Shown here one piece after another: positions 19,010 through 28,233 of a DNA stretch of 64,000 nt. The position numbers were made by a program, and so were the translations under genes. Origin of the DNA: an uncultured Halobacteriales archaeon (GTDB taxonomy: Archaea > Halobacteriota > Halobacteria > Halobacteriales > Haloarculaceae); contig CAYZJQ010000001.1 in NCBI GenBank assembly GCA_964478805.1, forward strand, positions 2,727 through 66,726. The letters are read 5' to 3'. A model generated the notes under the pieces. The model was not told the origin of the DNA, made no database searches, and saw nothing but the letters and a program-made list of their open reading frames with translations. Positions within the stretch are counted from its first letter, which is position 1. Each line of letters starts with the position of its first letter.

Positions 19010-21084
19010 TGGCCTCCGCCCTCCCGTTCCTTCCGCTGGGCGTGGCCTTAGCGCTGCTCGGCCTGCTCGCTATCGCCGATGCTGTCCGTCCGATCGACCG
19101 TACGTTCGATCGCGTTTCATGGGCGCTGTTCGACGGAGGGAGCATCAAGCGAGACATCAACCGGGAGCGAACCCTCAGATCGGCCGGTATCGGGACGCCA
19201 TACGAACTGTATCAGACGCGGACACTGCTTGATTCGGCGCTCGCCGCCTTGGCCGGCGTAGTGTTGGGCGGCTACGCGGCCGCAGCCATCATTGAGGTGC
19301 TCGGCGTCACACGACTCTCCGCGCCGGTAGGCAGCGACATCTTCCGGCCGCTGCCCGACGCGCTGCTCACCTTCGACGCGAAGTACTTCACGCTGCTGAC
19401 GCTTGGCGGAATGGCCCTTGCGGCGGCGTCAGCCGGTGTGGTTTATCTCATCCGGTGGAAGGTCCCCTCGATACGGGCGGATACTCGGCGGCGCAAAATC
19501 GATGCCGGGATGCCACGGATGATCGCGTTCGTCTATGCGCTCTCGCGCGGGGGGATGTCCTTCCCAGAGGTGATGCGGACACTGTCTCGCAACCGGGATG
19601 TGTTCGGCACCGGGGCAGAGGAAATCGGCATAGCCGCCCGCAACATCGACCTGTTCGGGGACGACCTCGTCTCCGCCATTCGGGATCTCGCCAACCGGAC
19701 CCCCTCGGATCAGTTCCAGAGCTTTTCAGAGAACCTCACAAGCGTTCTTCAGTCGGGACAAGACCTCTCGGCATTCCTGCGCGAGGAGTACGAGCGTTAC
19801 ACTGACGCAGCTGAGGAGCAACAGGGCGAGATTCTTAATGTGCTTGCGACGGCAGCGGAAGTGTACGTCACCGTCGTCGTCGCCGGTACGCTGTTTCTGC
19901 TCACGATCCTGCTGATCATCGGATTGACGCAGGGGGGGATGTTGTTCCAACTGCGGGTCATCACCTACGTTCTCCTGCCCGCGACGAACGTCCTCTTTAT
20001 TGCGTACCTTTCTGAAGTGACGAGTCCGTTGCGTGCAGCTCGGACCGAACGGCCAGACGGCGAGGCCGAGCGGATCGGGGCACCGCCCGTCGCAGCCGAC
20101 GGCGGCGTCGTGTCGAGCGAACGGGTTCGCGAGAACCTCGCTCGTCTAAACGTGTATCGGCGACTGTCTCGGGTCCGTCGGTTCGCCACTGCTCCGGTTG
20201 CGACGCTGCTTGAGACCCCGCAGCTGCTGTTGTATCTGACCGTACCGGTCGCAGTACTGTTCGTCGGGTTCCAGTACCCCGCTTACTACGTCGACGGTAC
20301 GGTCGTTATCACCGTCCTTGACGACGTTCTCGTCCAAGCGGCACTGTTCGTGCTGGTCACCTTCGGCATCGTCTACGAGAGTCACCGCCGGCGGCTCGAA
20401 CGGCTTGAACGGGCCGTTCCTGACCTGCTCGAGCGGCTGGCGAGCCTCAACGAGGCCGGTCTGTCCGTTGTGTCCGCTTTCGGGCGGGCGCGTCGCAGCG
20501 ACGTCGGTGCACTCGATGAAGAGGTGGAGCGTATCTGGCGGGACATCCAGTGGGGTGCTACCGTCGAACAGGCGCTTGACCGGTTCGAGGCACGGGTGCG
20601 GACGCCTTCGATTACTCGGGTCGTCACGCTATTAACGAACTCGATGCGCGCCTCGAACGAGATCGGGCCTGTCCTCCGTATCGCCGCCGAACAGGCGCGG
20701 TCAGACCAGCGGCTGAAACGACATCGTCGTCAAGAGACCGCGACGTACCTCGTCGTCATCTACATCGCCTTCTTCGTCTTCCTTGTCGTCATCGGATCCA
20801 TTGATCTGGTGCTTATTCCGGCACTTCCGGACGGCGGGGGGGCTGGTGGCAATCCGCTCGGCGGGCTCGGCAGTGCCAACGAAGCTGCCTATCGACTCGT
20901 TTTCTTCCACGCAGCCATCATCCAGGCGGCGCTGTCGGGTCTGGTCGGGGGTCAAATGTCCGATGGCTCCATCGAGGACGGCCTAAAACACGCAAGTGTC
21001 ATGTTGTTTATCGCGTATGCTGCGTTTCTTGTCACGAGTGATCTTGACCTCGGCGGAGCCGTCGCTGCTGCGCTCGTTCCCTGA
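19009..21084 (+). CDS. pilC: Type IV pilus platform protein (two T2SSF domains)
   Basis: Coupled to pilB; two T2SSF repeats (RTPS..F, RVRTPS); multiple TM segments. Confidence 0.9.
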   Translation: MASALPFLPLGVALALLGLLAIADAVRPIDRTFDRVSWALFDGGSIKRDINRERTLRSAGIGTPYELYQTRTLLDSALAALAGVVLGGYAAAAIIEVLGVTRLSAPVGSDIFRPLPDALLTFDAKYFTLLTLGGMALAAASAGVVYLIRWKVPSIRADTRRRKIDAGMPRMIAFVYALSRGGMSFPEVMRTLSRNRDVFGTGAEEIGIAARNIDLFGDDLVSAIRDLANRTPSDQFQSFSENLTSVLQSGQDLSAFLREEYERYTDAAEEQQGEILNVLATAAEVYVTVVVAGTLFLLTILLIIGLTQGGMLFQLRVITYVLLPATNVLFIAYLSEVTSPLRAARTERPDGEAERIGAPPVAADGGVVSSERVRENLARLNVYRRLSRVRRFATAPVATLLETPQLLLYLTVPVAVLFVGFQYPAYYVDGTVVITVLDDVLVQAALFVLVTFGIVYESHRRRLERLERAVPDLLERLASLNEAGLSVVSAFGRARRSDVGALDEEVERIWRDIQWGATVEQALDRFEARVRTPSITRVVTLLTNSMRASNEIGPVLRIAAEQARSDQRLKRHRRQETATYLVVIYIAFFVFLVVIGSIDLVLIPALPDGGGAGGNPLGGLGSANEAAYRLVFFHAAIIQAALSGLVGGQMSDGSIEDGLKHASVMLFIAYAAFLVTSDLDLGGAVAAALVP

Positions 21085-21127
21085 GCGGGACCGTCGTCGC
21101 TTTAGGAGTCAACCCACCACCATCGCC

Positions 21128-21793
21128 ATGGACGATGACGAGGCGGAGCGCGCGACAATGCACGGCGTCCGTGAGACGTACGACCGGATTGCTGGGCACT
21201 TCTCGGAGACTCGGGCGCACCCGTGGCCACAGATCCCCGACTTCCTCGACGGCCGGACCGGCGGGGTGGGACTCGATCTCGGCTGCGGGAATGGTCGCCA
21301 CGTCGAGTCGCTTACGGCACACTGCGAGCGTGTCGTTGGGGTGGATCTCTCCCGGACGCTACTTGACGCCGCCACCGAGCGGGTCACCCAGCCGAAGGTA
21401 CCGACCGCATGGGTCCAAGGCGATGCTGGCGCGCTCCCCATTCGAACGGCGACTGTCGACCTCGGTCTGTATATCGCCGCCTTGCACCACCTTCCCAGCC
21501 GACCGGCACGTCAGCGGAGTCTCGACGAACTCGCCCGCGTGCTCACCGCCGATGGCGCCGCGCTTGTCTCAGCCTGGAGTACGACCCACGACCGATTCAA
21601 TGCCGAGACCGGCTTTGATACGACGGTCGACTGGACGCTGCCCAGCGGCGAGACCGTTCCCCGCTACTATCACATCTACGACCCTGACGAGTTCGCGGCG
21701 GACCTCGCGGCCAGCAACCTCCAGGTTATCCAACAGTTCACCAAGCGAGGCAACTGCTTCGCGGTGGTGCAGGGAGAAGGGAAACGCACATAG
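21128..21793 (+). CDS. trm9: Class I SAM methyltransferase, Trm9/ALKBH8-like tRNA wobble methyltransferase
   Basis: YDRIAGHFSETRAHPWP, LDLGCGNGRH, IAALHHL, RYYHIY correspond to Trm9 motifs. Confidence 0.7.
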   Translation: MDDDEAERATMHGVRETYDRIAGHFSETRAHPWPQIPDFLDGRTGGVGLDLGCGNGRHVESLTAHCERVVGVDLSRTLLDAATERVTQPKVPTAWVQGDAGALPIRTATVDLGLYIAALHHLPSRPARQRSLDELARVLTADGAALVSAWSTTHDRFNAETGFDTTVDWTLPSGETVPRYYHIYDPDEFAADLAASNLQVIQQFTKRGNCFAVVQGEGKRT

Positions 21794-21908
21794 GCGCCGG
21801 TGAGATAGCCTCTGGCAGACGCCGACGGGTCGCGCCGGCGGCGCAACACCGACGGTGAGCAGTTCCCCGGGAGCTGTGATCCACTAAGTGAACGAACGGA
21901 GCGAACGT

Positions 21909-21979
21909 GCACCGGTGGTCTAACGGCATGACTTTGGCCTTCCAAGCCAACGATCCGGGTTCGATTCCCGGCCGGTGCA
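21909..21979 (+). tRNA. tRNA-Gly (anticodon TCC)
   Basis: Acceptor GCACCGG/CCGGTGC+A, anticodon arm TTGGC-CT-TCC-AA-GCCAA, GGTTCGATTCC. Confidence 0.96.
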
Positions 21980-22061
21980 TTCCAACTGCTCTCGAAGACG
22001 GCCGGTGAACGGGGTGAACCATAGCGGAGCGGATAACCGGCAATTACCGTCGTTGTGCAGT

Positions 22062-23357
22062 TCAATCGCTCGGCGTCGCAGAGGGGGTCCGCGCGGGCGC
22101 CTCATACAGCAGAAGGAACGCGCCCGTCGAGACTATGATGAACCCTGAGGCAAGTGCGAAGGCGACAAGGACACTGGTCGCGTCCCAGATGACACCGACG
22201 GTAACCGGACCAACGACCTGACCGACTTTCCAAGCGACCGAGCGCAGCGACATCGCGCCGGCGACGGCGTCGAACTGCTCGCCTTCCTCGACGAACAGCG
22301 CCATGCTCGCGGGCAGGCGGATGGAGTCAGCTACGCCACAGATCATGAACGCGACCGCAAGGACAAAGAAGGCAGGCGGGAGCAACAGCGATCCCGATGG
22401 CGCCCAGCCCACGGCAGGGACTCCGACCGTTACCCGCGGGAAGACCGCACCAGCCCCCTCCGCGAGGGGAATTACGAGCGTCCCAGCGGCGTACAGCAGT
22501 GCGCCGAGCGCGATGAATCGGTGTTTCCCGCCAACCCTGTCGGTGAGGTCACCGACATACCCCTGCGTGAGCGCCTTCGTGAGCTTTCCACCGGCGAGCA
22601 ATCCTCCGACCACGAACGGGTTCATGCCGAACGCAGTCCGTGCATAAATGGGGAGAAAAGTGATGACAGCCATCTTTCCAAAGGAGAGGCCGAGTCGAAA
22701 GCCTACGAGCGCGCGGACCGAGGCGAGCCCGAGCAGTGATGCGAGTGTCTCACGTCCCGTCGCCTCATCGGGGTTTGCCTGACCGCCAGGGTCGTCCCGG
22801 AGAATGAGCAGGACACCCAGCCCTGCGAGCAGTGTGACGCCGGCGAGCACGGCGTAGGCGATGTAGAAGTCGTACAGCGCGAGTAGCGCGCCGCCGACTA
22901 GGTCGCCGAACAGCGAGGAGAACGCACCCATCTGATTGTAGGTCCCAAGCCACAGCCCTCGCTCACCTTCGGTTGCGATTTCACCGATGACGGTTGAGCC
23001 GGTGAGCCAGAGAACGCTCGCGCCGACGCCTTGGAACACCCGCATCGCGATGACTCCCTCAACGTTACCGACGAAGGCGTAGCCGACGAACACGACCACG
23101 TTGAGCGCGAGCCCGCCCAAGAGCCACCGCTTCGCGTTGCCGGTGTCGATCCATCGACCAAGCGGGAGGACAATGAGCAGTTGGACGATGGCGAAGGCCG
23201 TTCCGAACAGTCCCTCAACTGTGGAGGTAGTGCCGAAGAGATCGGCGTAGAGAGCAAGCGCGATCGCGACCGTCGAGTACGCTTGGGCCCGCGCGAACGC
23301 GGTGCCAGACATGGCGACGAACTCGGGGTCGCGGAAGACGCGCAGCGATGACGCCAC
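22062..23357 (-). CDS. MFS transporter
   Basis: About 12 TM segments; GRWID, GDLTDRVGG and RVFQGVGA MFS motifs. Confidence 0.88.
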   Translation of the reverse strand: MASSLRVFRDPEFVAMSGTAFARAQAYSTVAIALALYADLFGTTSTVEGLFGTAFAIVQLLIVLPLGRWIDTGNAKRWLLGGLALNVVVFVGYAFVGNVEGVIAMRVFQGVGASVLWLTGSTVIGEIATEGERGLWLGTYNQMGAFSSLFGDLVGGALLALYDFYIAYAVLAGVTLLAGLGVLLILRDDPGGQANPDEATGRETLASLLGLASVRALVGFRLGLSFGKMAVITFLPIYARTAFGMNPFVVGGLLAGGKLTKALTQGYVGDLTDRVGGKHRFIALGALLYAAGTLVIPLAEGAGAVFPRVTVGVPAVGWAPSGSLLLPPAFFVLAVAFMICGVADSIRLPASMALFVEEGEQFDAVAGAMSLRSVAWKVGQVVGPVTVGVIWDATSVLVAFALASGFIIVSTGAFLLLYEAPARTPSATPSD

Positions 23358-23439
23358 TACCGGGGCGCAGTTGGGCGAGACTCAAAAGTACCTGCTTCCC
23401 GGGTGGCTCCGGGAAGCAGTCTCACACGGTGGCGGAGCC

Positions 23440-24258
23440 CTACAGCTCGATACGCTCGACCAACTGGTCGTCTTCCTGGTGGGTGTTCAGCGCGACAATT
23501 CGGAGCATCTCCTCGAGTCCGGACTCCCGAATTTTCGACTTCAATAGCTCGTCTACCTGATAAACACCAGCCGCGTCGCTCATCTCGATCTCGACGAGGA
23601 CCGGCGTATCCTCCCCTTTCTCAAGCGAGACCTGTTTGATGGCCTGTGACGAGAGCGTGTTGATGCCGCGACCGCCACGCTCGTACGGGATGCGCGAGCG
23701 GCCTCGTTCCATATCCAGGGCATCTGCGACGCGGACGACTCCTGCCTCGAGAGTGAGCGGCGTCTCCTCGGTGTGGTGACAAAGGATTGCATGGAGCGTC
23801 TCGCCCTTCACCCGGACGGCAGCCTCGGTGTCGTAGTATTCCATGAGCAGACGGTCGAGCACGTCCGCCGCAAGCGGAATCGAGTAGTAGGCATGGTCGT
23901 CGCGGTGGACGACGTGACCGATATCGTGAAGCGTCGCCGCGAGAGCGATGACCACCGCCTCGTCAGCCTCATCGAGACCTTGCTGTCCGGCACCGTTGAA
24001 CTCGACGCCGCCAGCCTTCAACAGGTCGTACAGACACAGCGCACGGTTGCGGACGATCTCGATGTGTTTGGCGCCATGGTCGTTGTACCCTTTCCGCTGG
24101 ACAGGGTTGACGTTTTGCGCACGCAGATACGTCTGTACCTCGGGATCGGTGTCGAGCGCTGCGATTACTTCGTTAAGTCGCTCGTCTGGAAAAGCGTGGT
24201 CGGCGGCCGGGTCGTATTGTCGGCCGCCGTTGCCACGGCTTTGTTCGATGTCGGTCAT
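23440..24258 (-). CDS. HD-domain phosphohydrolase
   Basis: NDHG..H, LHDIGH, ILCHH, ADALD. Confidence 0.88.
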   Translation of the reverse strand: MTDIEQSRGNGGRQYDPAADHAFPDERLNEVIAALDTDPEVQTYLRAQNVNPVQRKGYNDHGAKHIEIVRNRALCLYDLLKAGGVEFNGAGQQGLDEADEAVVIALAATLHDIGHVVHRDDHAYYSIPLAADVLDRLLMEYYDTEAAVRVKGETLHAILCHHTEETPLTLEAGVVRVADALDMERGRSRIPYERGGRGINTLSSQAIKQVSLEKGEDTPVLVEIEMSDAAGVYQVDELLKSKIRESGLEEMLRIVALNTHQEDDQLVERIEL

Positions 24259-24332
24259 GAACGAGAGATGCTGGGCGCGCCGAAAAGGGTTCTGGGCGGG
24301 CGCAGTGACGGTGGTGCCGCCGGGCGGGGAGG

Positions 24333-24350
24333 AAAAAGCCTATAATCAAA
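24333..24350 (+). promoter_or_regulatory. BRE/TATA promoter of tatA (leaderless)
   Basis: AAAAAGCCTATAATC about 30 nt upstream of ATG 24372. Confidence 0.6.
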
Positions 24351-24371
24351 AGCGAGTATCCTCAGACATAG

Positions 24372-24680
24372 ATGGTCGAATCAATCGTCCCGTTGCAGTT
24401 CGGCATTCCGGGTGGGCCTGAACTGCTGGTTATCCTGCTCATCGCCGTTCTGCTGTTCGGCGCGAACAAAATCCCGAAGCTCGCGCGCTCAACCGGCGAG
24501 GCCATGGGGGAGTTCCAGAAAGGCCGTGAGGAGGTCGAACAGGAGCTAAAAGAGATGCGCGATGCCGGGGCCAGCCAAGAGGAGATCGAACGGACTCGCG
24601 AGGAGTACGAACAGGACGACTCGGTCGACTACGAGACCGATACTGACGCCGCCACCGACGCCGAAACTGACAAGAACTAA
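24372..24680 (+). CDS. tatA: Twin-arginine translocase subunit TatA
   Basis: PGGPELLVILLIAVLLFGANKIPKLARSTGEAMGEFQKG. Confidence 0.95.
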   Translation: MVESIVPLQFGIPGGPELLVILLIAVLLFGANKIPKLARSTGEAMGEFQKGREEVEQELKEMRDAGASQEEIERTREEYEQDDSVDYETDTDAATDAETDKN

Positions 24681-24797
24681 CGGCGCTCTGGATCACTGTT
24701 CCCTCGAACTCGGATGGCTCGCCTATCGTCCCTCATGGACCTGCTCTTCCGCCTGGCTTCACAACGGTTTTGCCGCCGCCACCGCTGCACACCGCTG

Positions 24798-24871
24798 GGG
24801 CGTGTGGCCTAGTGGACCAGGGCGAGAGGTTCCTAACCCCTAGATCGTGGGTTCGAATCCCACCACGCCCG
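24798..24871 (+). tRNA. tRNA-Arg (anticodon CCT)
   Basis: Acceptor GGGCGTG/CACGCCC+G, loop TT-CCT-AA, GTGGGTTCGAATCCCAC, followed by a T-run. Confidence 0.92.
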
Positions 24872-24922
24872 TATTTTTGAGTGACAATCCGGCGTGAGAG
24901 CACGGTCGGAGCTACCCTGCAA

Positions 24923-25260
24923 TTGACTCTCGCCTCCGTGTTCAGGCGGAGGAGTCTGGCCACCGGATTCGGGCGGACATCGCCCGTCGGTTCCACCCCG
25001 CATTCGAAGGGACCAGGCGACACACCGAGGGAACTTTCGGTGGCTCTTTCGGCGGACTGTGGCCCGGCCAACGAGGCCCTGTCGGAGTCCGTAGCATCGC
25101 CGTGGGATCTGCCACCGTTCTCACCCTGTGTGGGTCGGACATCGCACTGAACCCGCAGCAGCCTGCGCTACGCGGGGCCACAGCGGAGCGATGAATTCCC
25201 CGACAAACGGGCCACGTGTCCGCTTGACCCCTGCCTGAAAACGGGCGAATGCGCTCGCAA
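24923..25260 (-). mobile_element. Non-autonomous IS200/IS605-derived element of about 340 bp (clear right end, degenerate left end)
   Basis: Minus strand reads GACT-CCTCCG-CCTGAACA-CGGAGG-CGAGAG-TCAA (TCAA = 24926-24923); a degenerate second hairpin at 25221-25260. Confidence 0.65.
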
Positions 25261-25344
25261 TCTCTTCTATCGCGTCGGTGTGGGTCACCGACGCATCTGC
25301 CCGCTCCACAAGACCAATAAACGCGTATGGGTATGATTCACATG

Positions 25345-25947
25345 ATGTCGGAGGGGTCACCCGAGGACCCGGTTGCGAGCGCGCTCGTGGACGGGACAAC
25401 GTACGAACGCGTTCGTGCGCGGCGAATCTCTACTTTCGCGCAACCTATCCCTCGAAAGCTCCACCGACTCGGCTGGTTGCTCTTCGCGCTCGCGGCGGCA
25501 TTGATTTCGACCGCTGCGCTGCCACGGGCCACGACAACCACACTTGCCGCTGACCCGTTCGGGACGACAACGAAACTATCGGTGCTTGCGGCGATCGCAG
25601 GGAGCGTCGCGGCGGCAATGGGAGTGGCATTGGTGGCAAACGGGTTCGTCCATGGTCGGCTCGAACCGATGGACGAAGCCACAGCGGAGTCGCTTTTAGC
25701 ACTCGAAGAGATGGCATCCGTTATTGGCTTCACAATCGGCGGCGTATTGGCGGCCCTCGCCGTTGCGATCATCCTCGCCGCTCACGCTGGGCCGCAGCCC
25801 GTCGAGGCACTACTCGTCGTTACCCGAACCTCGCCGTACGAGGCCGTTGGCTCACCGGTTCAGTTAACGCCGAGCCGCGTCGGCATTGCGGCATGGGTCT
25901 GTGGACTAACGCTTCATCTCTCCGGTGTCCTGCTTGACGGTCAGTGA
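25345..25947 (+). CDS. Hypothetical membrane protein
   Basis: About 200 aa with four hydrophobic segments; AATAAA-like box about 28 nt upstream. Confidence 0.6.
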   Translation: MSEGSPEDPVASALVDGTTYERVRARRISTFAQPIPRKLHRLGWLLFALAAALISTAALPRATTTTLAADPFGTTTKLSVLAAIAGSVAAAMGVALVANGFVHGRLEPMDEATAESLLALEEMASVIGFTIGGVLAALAVAIILAAHAGPQPVEALLVVTRTSPYEAVGSPVQLTPSRVGIAAWVCGLTLHLSGVLLDGQ

Positions 25948-26978
25948 ACAGGGTGGTACCCCGGTCGCAGAAACGGTGCGAGGTCCGGAAATAGAGCGTC
26001 AAGCTCGGGGCTGCTGTCGAGGAGTTCATATTCGCGGCCCGACTTGGCGACGACCCCTGCGTCCCGAAGGTGGTCGAGGTGTGCGAACGCTTCACCCGGG
26101 CCATGAAGGATGTGAATAGCATGAAGATCGCCGAACAGCTCCGCGGAAACCGTCCACGGCGTGGCGGCTCCGGCACGGAGCACATCGACCACGTCTCCGG
26201 TGCGCTCGCGGTGGTGGTCAACAATGTCGGCCGCACGGCCAACCGGATCGACGATCGGGCCGCGGTGGCCTGGCCAGGCCCGTGTGTAGCCTCGTTCGAC
26301 GATACCTGCGAGCGTATCGAGGTACTTTGCGAGCGGCGCGTCGACCCGCACGTCGGCGCCACCGACGTTGGGGGTGTAGTAGGGGAGAAGAGCGTCGCCA
26401 GAGAACAGCTCCACACCTCGCGGCCCTCCGAAAGCGAACCCGGAGAGACCGGCGGTATGGCCGGGCAGATGAACCGCCTCAAGTTCCACAGTTCCGATAT
26501 CGAAGGTCTCACCATCGACAAACGTTGTCACCTCTGGATCCGGCCCGGGCGCCTCCTCAATGTCGAGAAACTCGGCCAGTTCGTCGAACGGGCCGTCAGG
26601 CATCCCCCATTCCTGAAGCAGAGCGGCCATCTCGTCGTCCATCGCGCCGGCGGTACGCGAGCGCTCGGCGACGTACTCTGCGTCGTCCACGTGGACGTGG
26701 ACCGAACATCCCGACGCATCCTGAACGATGCCCGCTAAACCGGCGTGGTCCTGGTGCCAGTGAGTGAGCAGAACCCGGTCGATATCCGCGAACGTCAGGT
26801 CGAGCCTCGCGAGTCCTTCTTCAAGTTGCGTCCGCGTCTCGGGGTGGTGGATGCCAGTGTCGATAAGCGTGGTCTCGGCGGCCGGCTCAGTACCAAGCAC
26901 ATAGGCGTTGTTCAGCCCCTCGAACGCCGTGTTACCAAGCGCGATGGCCTCAAGCGCGAAGGGAAGATCGGCGCTCAC
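25941..26978 (-). CDS. MBL-fold metallo-hydrolase with C-terminal winged helix
   Basis: LIDTG, THWHQDHAG, PGHT, FSGD, WPGH. Confidence 0.9.
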   Translation of the reverse strand: MSADLPFALEAIALGNTAFEGLNNAYVLGTEPAAETTLIDTGIHHPETRTQLEEGLARLDLTFADIDRVLLTHWHQDHAGLAGIVQDASGCSVHVHVDDAEYVAERSRTAGAMDDEMAALLQEWGMPDGPFDELAEFLDIEEAPGPDPEVTTFVDGETFDIGTVELEAVHLPGHTAGLSGFAFGGPRGVELFSGDALLPYYTPNVGGADVRVDAPLAKYLDTLAGIVERGYTRAWPGHRGPIVDPVGRAADIVDHHRERTGDVVDVLRAGAATPWTVSAELFGDLHAIHILHGPGEAFAHLDHLRDAGVVAKSGREYELLDSSPELDALFPDLAPFLRPGYHPVH

Positions 26979-27265
26979 GACGTACCACCGCCGGCGACGG
27001 ACGGCGCGACCACCAGTGTATCCCCGTCTGTCAGCACTGTCCTCGGGCCCTCGCGCTCTCGGATGGGGGTCCCGTTTACGAGGAGGTTCACGTTCGCGCG
27101 GATCCGACCCGCAGAGTCGAAAATCAGCGGCGTCAGTCCTTCGTGCTCCGCCTCGAGGTCATTTAATACGGTACGGACGCTCGTCCCGGCCGCGGCCTCG
27201 CGCTCCAGCCGTTTCTGTCCGACCGCCTCGCGGACGGTCGCGTGGAACTCACAGGTGACGTGCAC
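26975..27265 (-). CDS. Ubiquitin-like SAMP/MoaD-family protein ending VAGG-GTS
   Basis: FHATVREAVG...VNLLVNG...LTDGDTLVVAPSVAGG beta-grasp pattern; GGAGG RBS before GTG 27265; stop overlaps MBL start. Confidence 0.8.
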   Translation of the reverse strand: MHVTCEFHATVREAVGQKRLEREAAAGTSVRTVLNDLEAEHEGLTPLIFDSAGRIRANVNLLVNGTPIREREGPRTVLTDGDTLVVAPSVAGGGTS

Positions 27266-27342
27266 GCCTCCGATGGGACCCCGATCGGTATGAGCGTTCC
27301 CCACAGGGGAAACTCCAAGCCCTCGGCACACGCGATGGGAGT

Positions 27343-28233
27343 ATGCCGCTACGCACCACTCCGGAGTCGGCGTTCACCGACGTGCCAGAGTACGACTATC
27401 CCGTCTCGCGGGTCGCAGTCGGTGAGCCGGAGATGGCCTTCGTTAACGTTGATGGCGACGGTGACGAGACGTTTCTCTGCCTCCACGGTGAGCCGACCTG
27501 GGGCTTCCTCTACCGGAAGATGCTCCCCCGCCTGCAGGATCGCGGCCGGGTGGTCGTTCCTGACGCGGTTGGATTCGGGCGCTCCGACAAGTACACCGAT
27601 CGTGGAGCCTACACATTTCGGGACCACTACGGCTGGCTCGAACGGTTCGTCGAGCGGCTCGATCTCACGGACGTCACTCTCGTCTGTCAGGACTGGGGGG
27701 GTATCCTCGGGCTGACGCTCGCGGCGACCGAACCGGAGCGATTCGCTCGCCTCGTTCCTATGAACACCGGGCTCCCGACCGGGCGACAGGAGATGCCCCC
27801 CGCCTGGGAGGAGTTCCGTGCGTTCGTTGAGCGGGTCGACGAACTTCCCGTTGGTATGCTCATCCAGAACGCGACGACGACTGAACTTCCAGCGGAGGTC
27901 GTCGCGGCCTACGAGGCCCCGTTTCCCGATGAGGCGCTGAAAGCCGGCGCCCGCGAGTGGCCGGAGATGGTGCCGCGGAAGGGAGGCGGTGACGGTGCCG
28001 CGTTGACGAGCGCCGCGGCCGAGCGGCTGGGCGAGTGGGAGAAGCCGGCGTTCGTGCTCTTTTCGGACTCTGACCCCATCACTCGCGACAACCGTGACCC
28101 GCTTCGCGAGCACATCCCAACGGCGACCGAACAGCCAGACACCTGGATCGGCGGGGCGGGTCACTTCCTGCAGGAGGACGCCGGCGAGGAGGTGGCGGCG
28201 GAGATCGTCGAGTTCGTCGACCGGACCCGTTAA
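27343..28233 (+). CDS. Haloalkane dehalogenase (alpha/beta hydrolase, DhlA/DhmA-like)
   Basis: LHGEPTWGFLYRKM, PDAVGFGRSDK, CQDWGG nucleophile, MNTGL, AYEAPFPD, GHFLQED. Confidence 0.88.
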   Translation: MPLRTTPESAFTDVPEYDYPVSRVAVGEPEMAFVNVDGDGDETFLCLHGEPTWGFLYRKMLPRLQDRGRVVVPDAVGFGRSDKYTDRGAYTFRDHYGWLERFVERLDLTDVTLVCQDWGGILGLTLAATEPERFARLVPMNTGLPTGRQEMPPAWEEFRAFVERVDELPVGMLIQNATTTELPAEVVAAYEAPFPDEALKAGAREWPEMVPRKGGGDGAALTSAAAERLGEWEKPAFVLFSDSDPITRDNRDPLREHIPTATEQPDTWIGGAGHFLQEDAGEEVAAEIVEFVDRTR

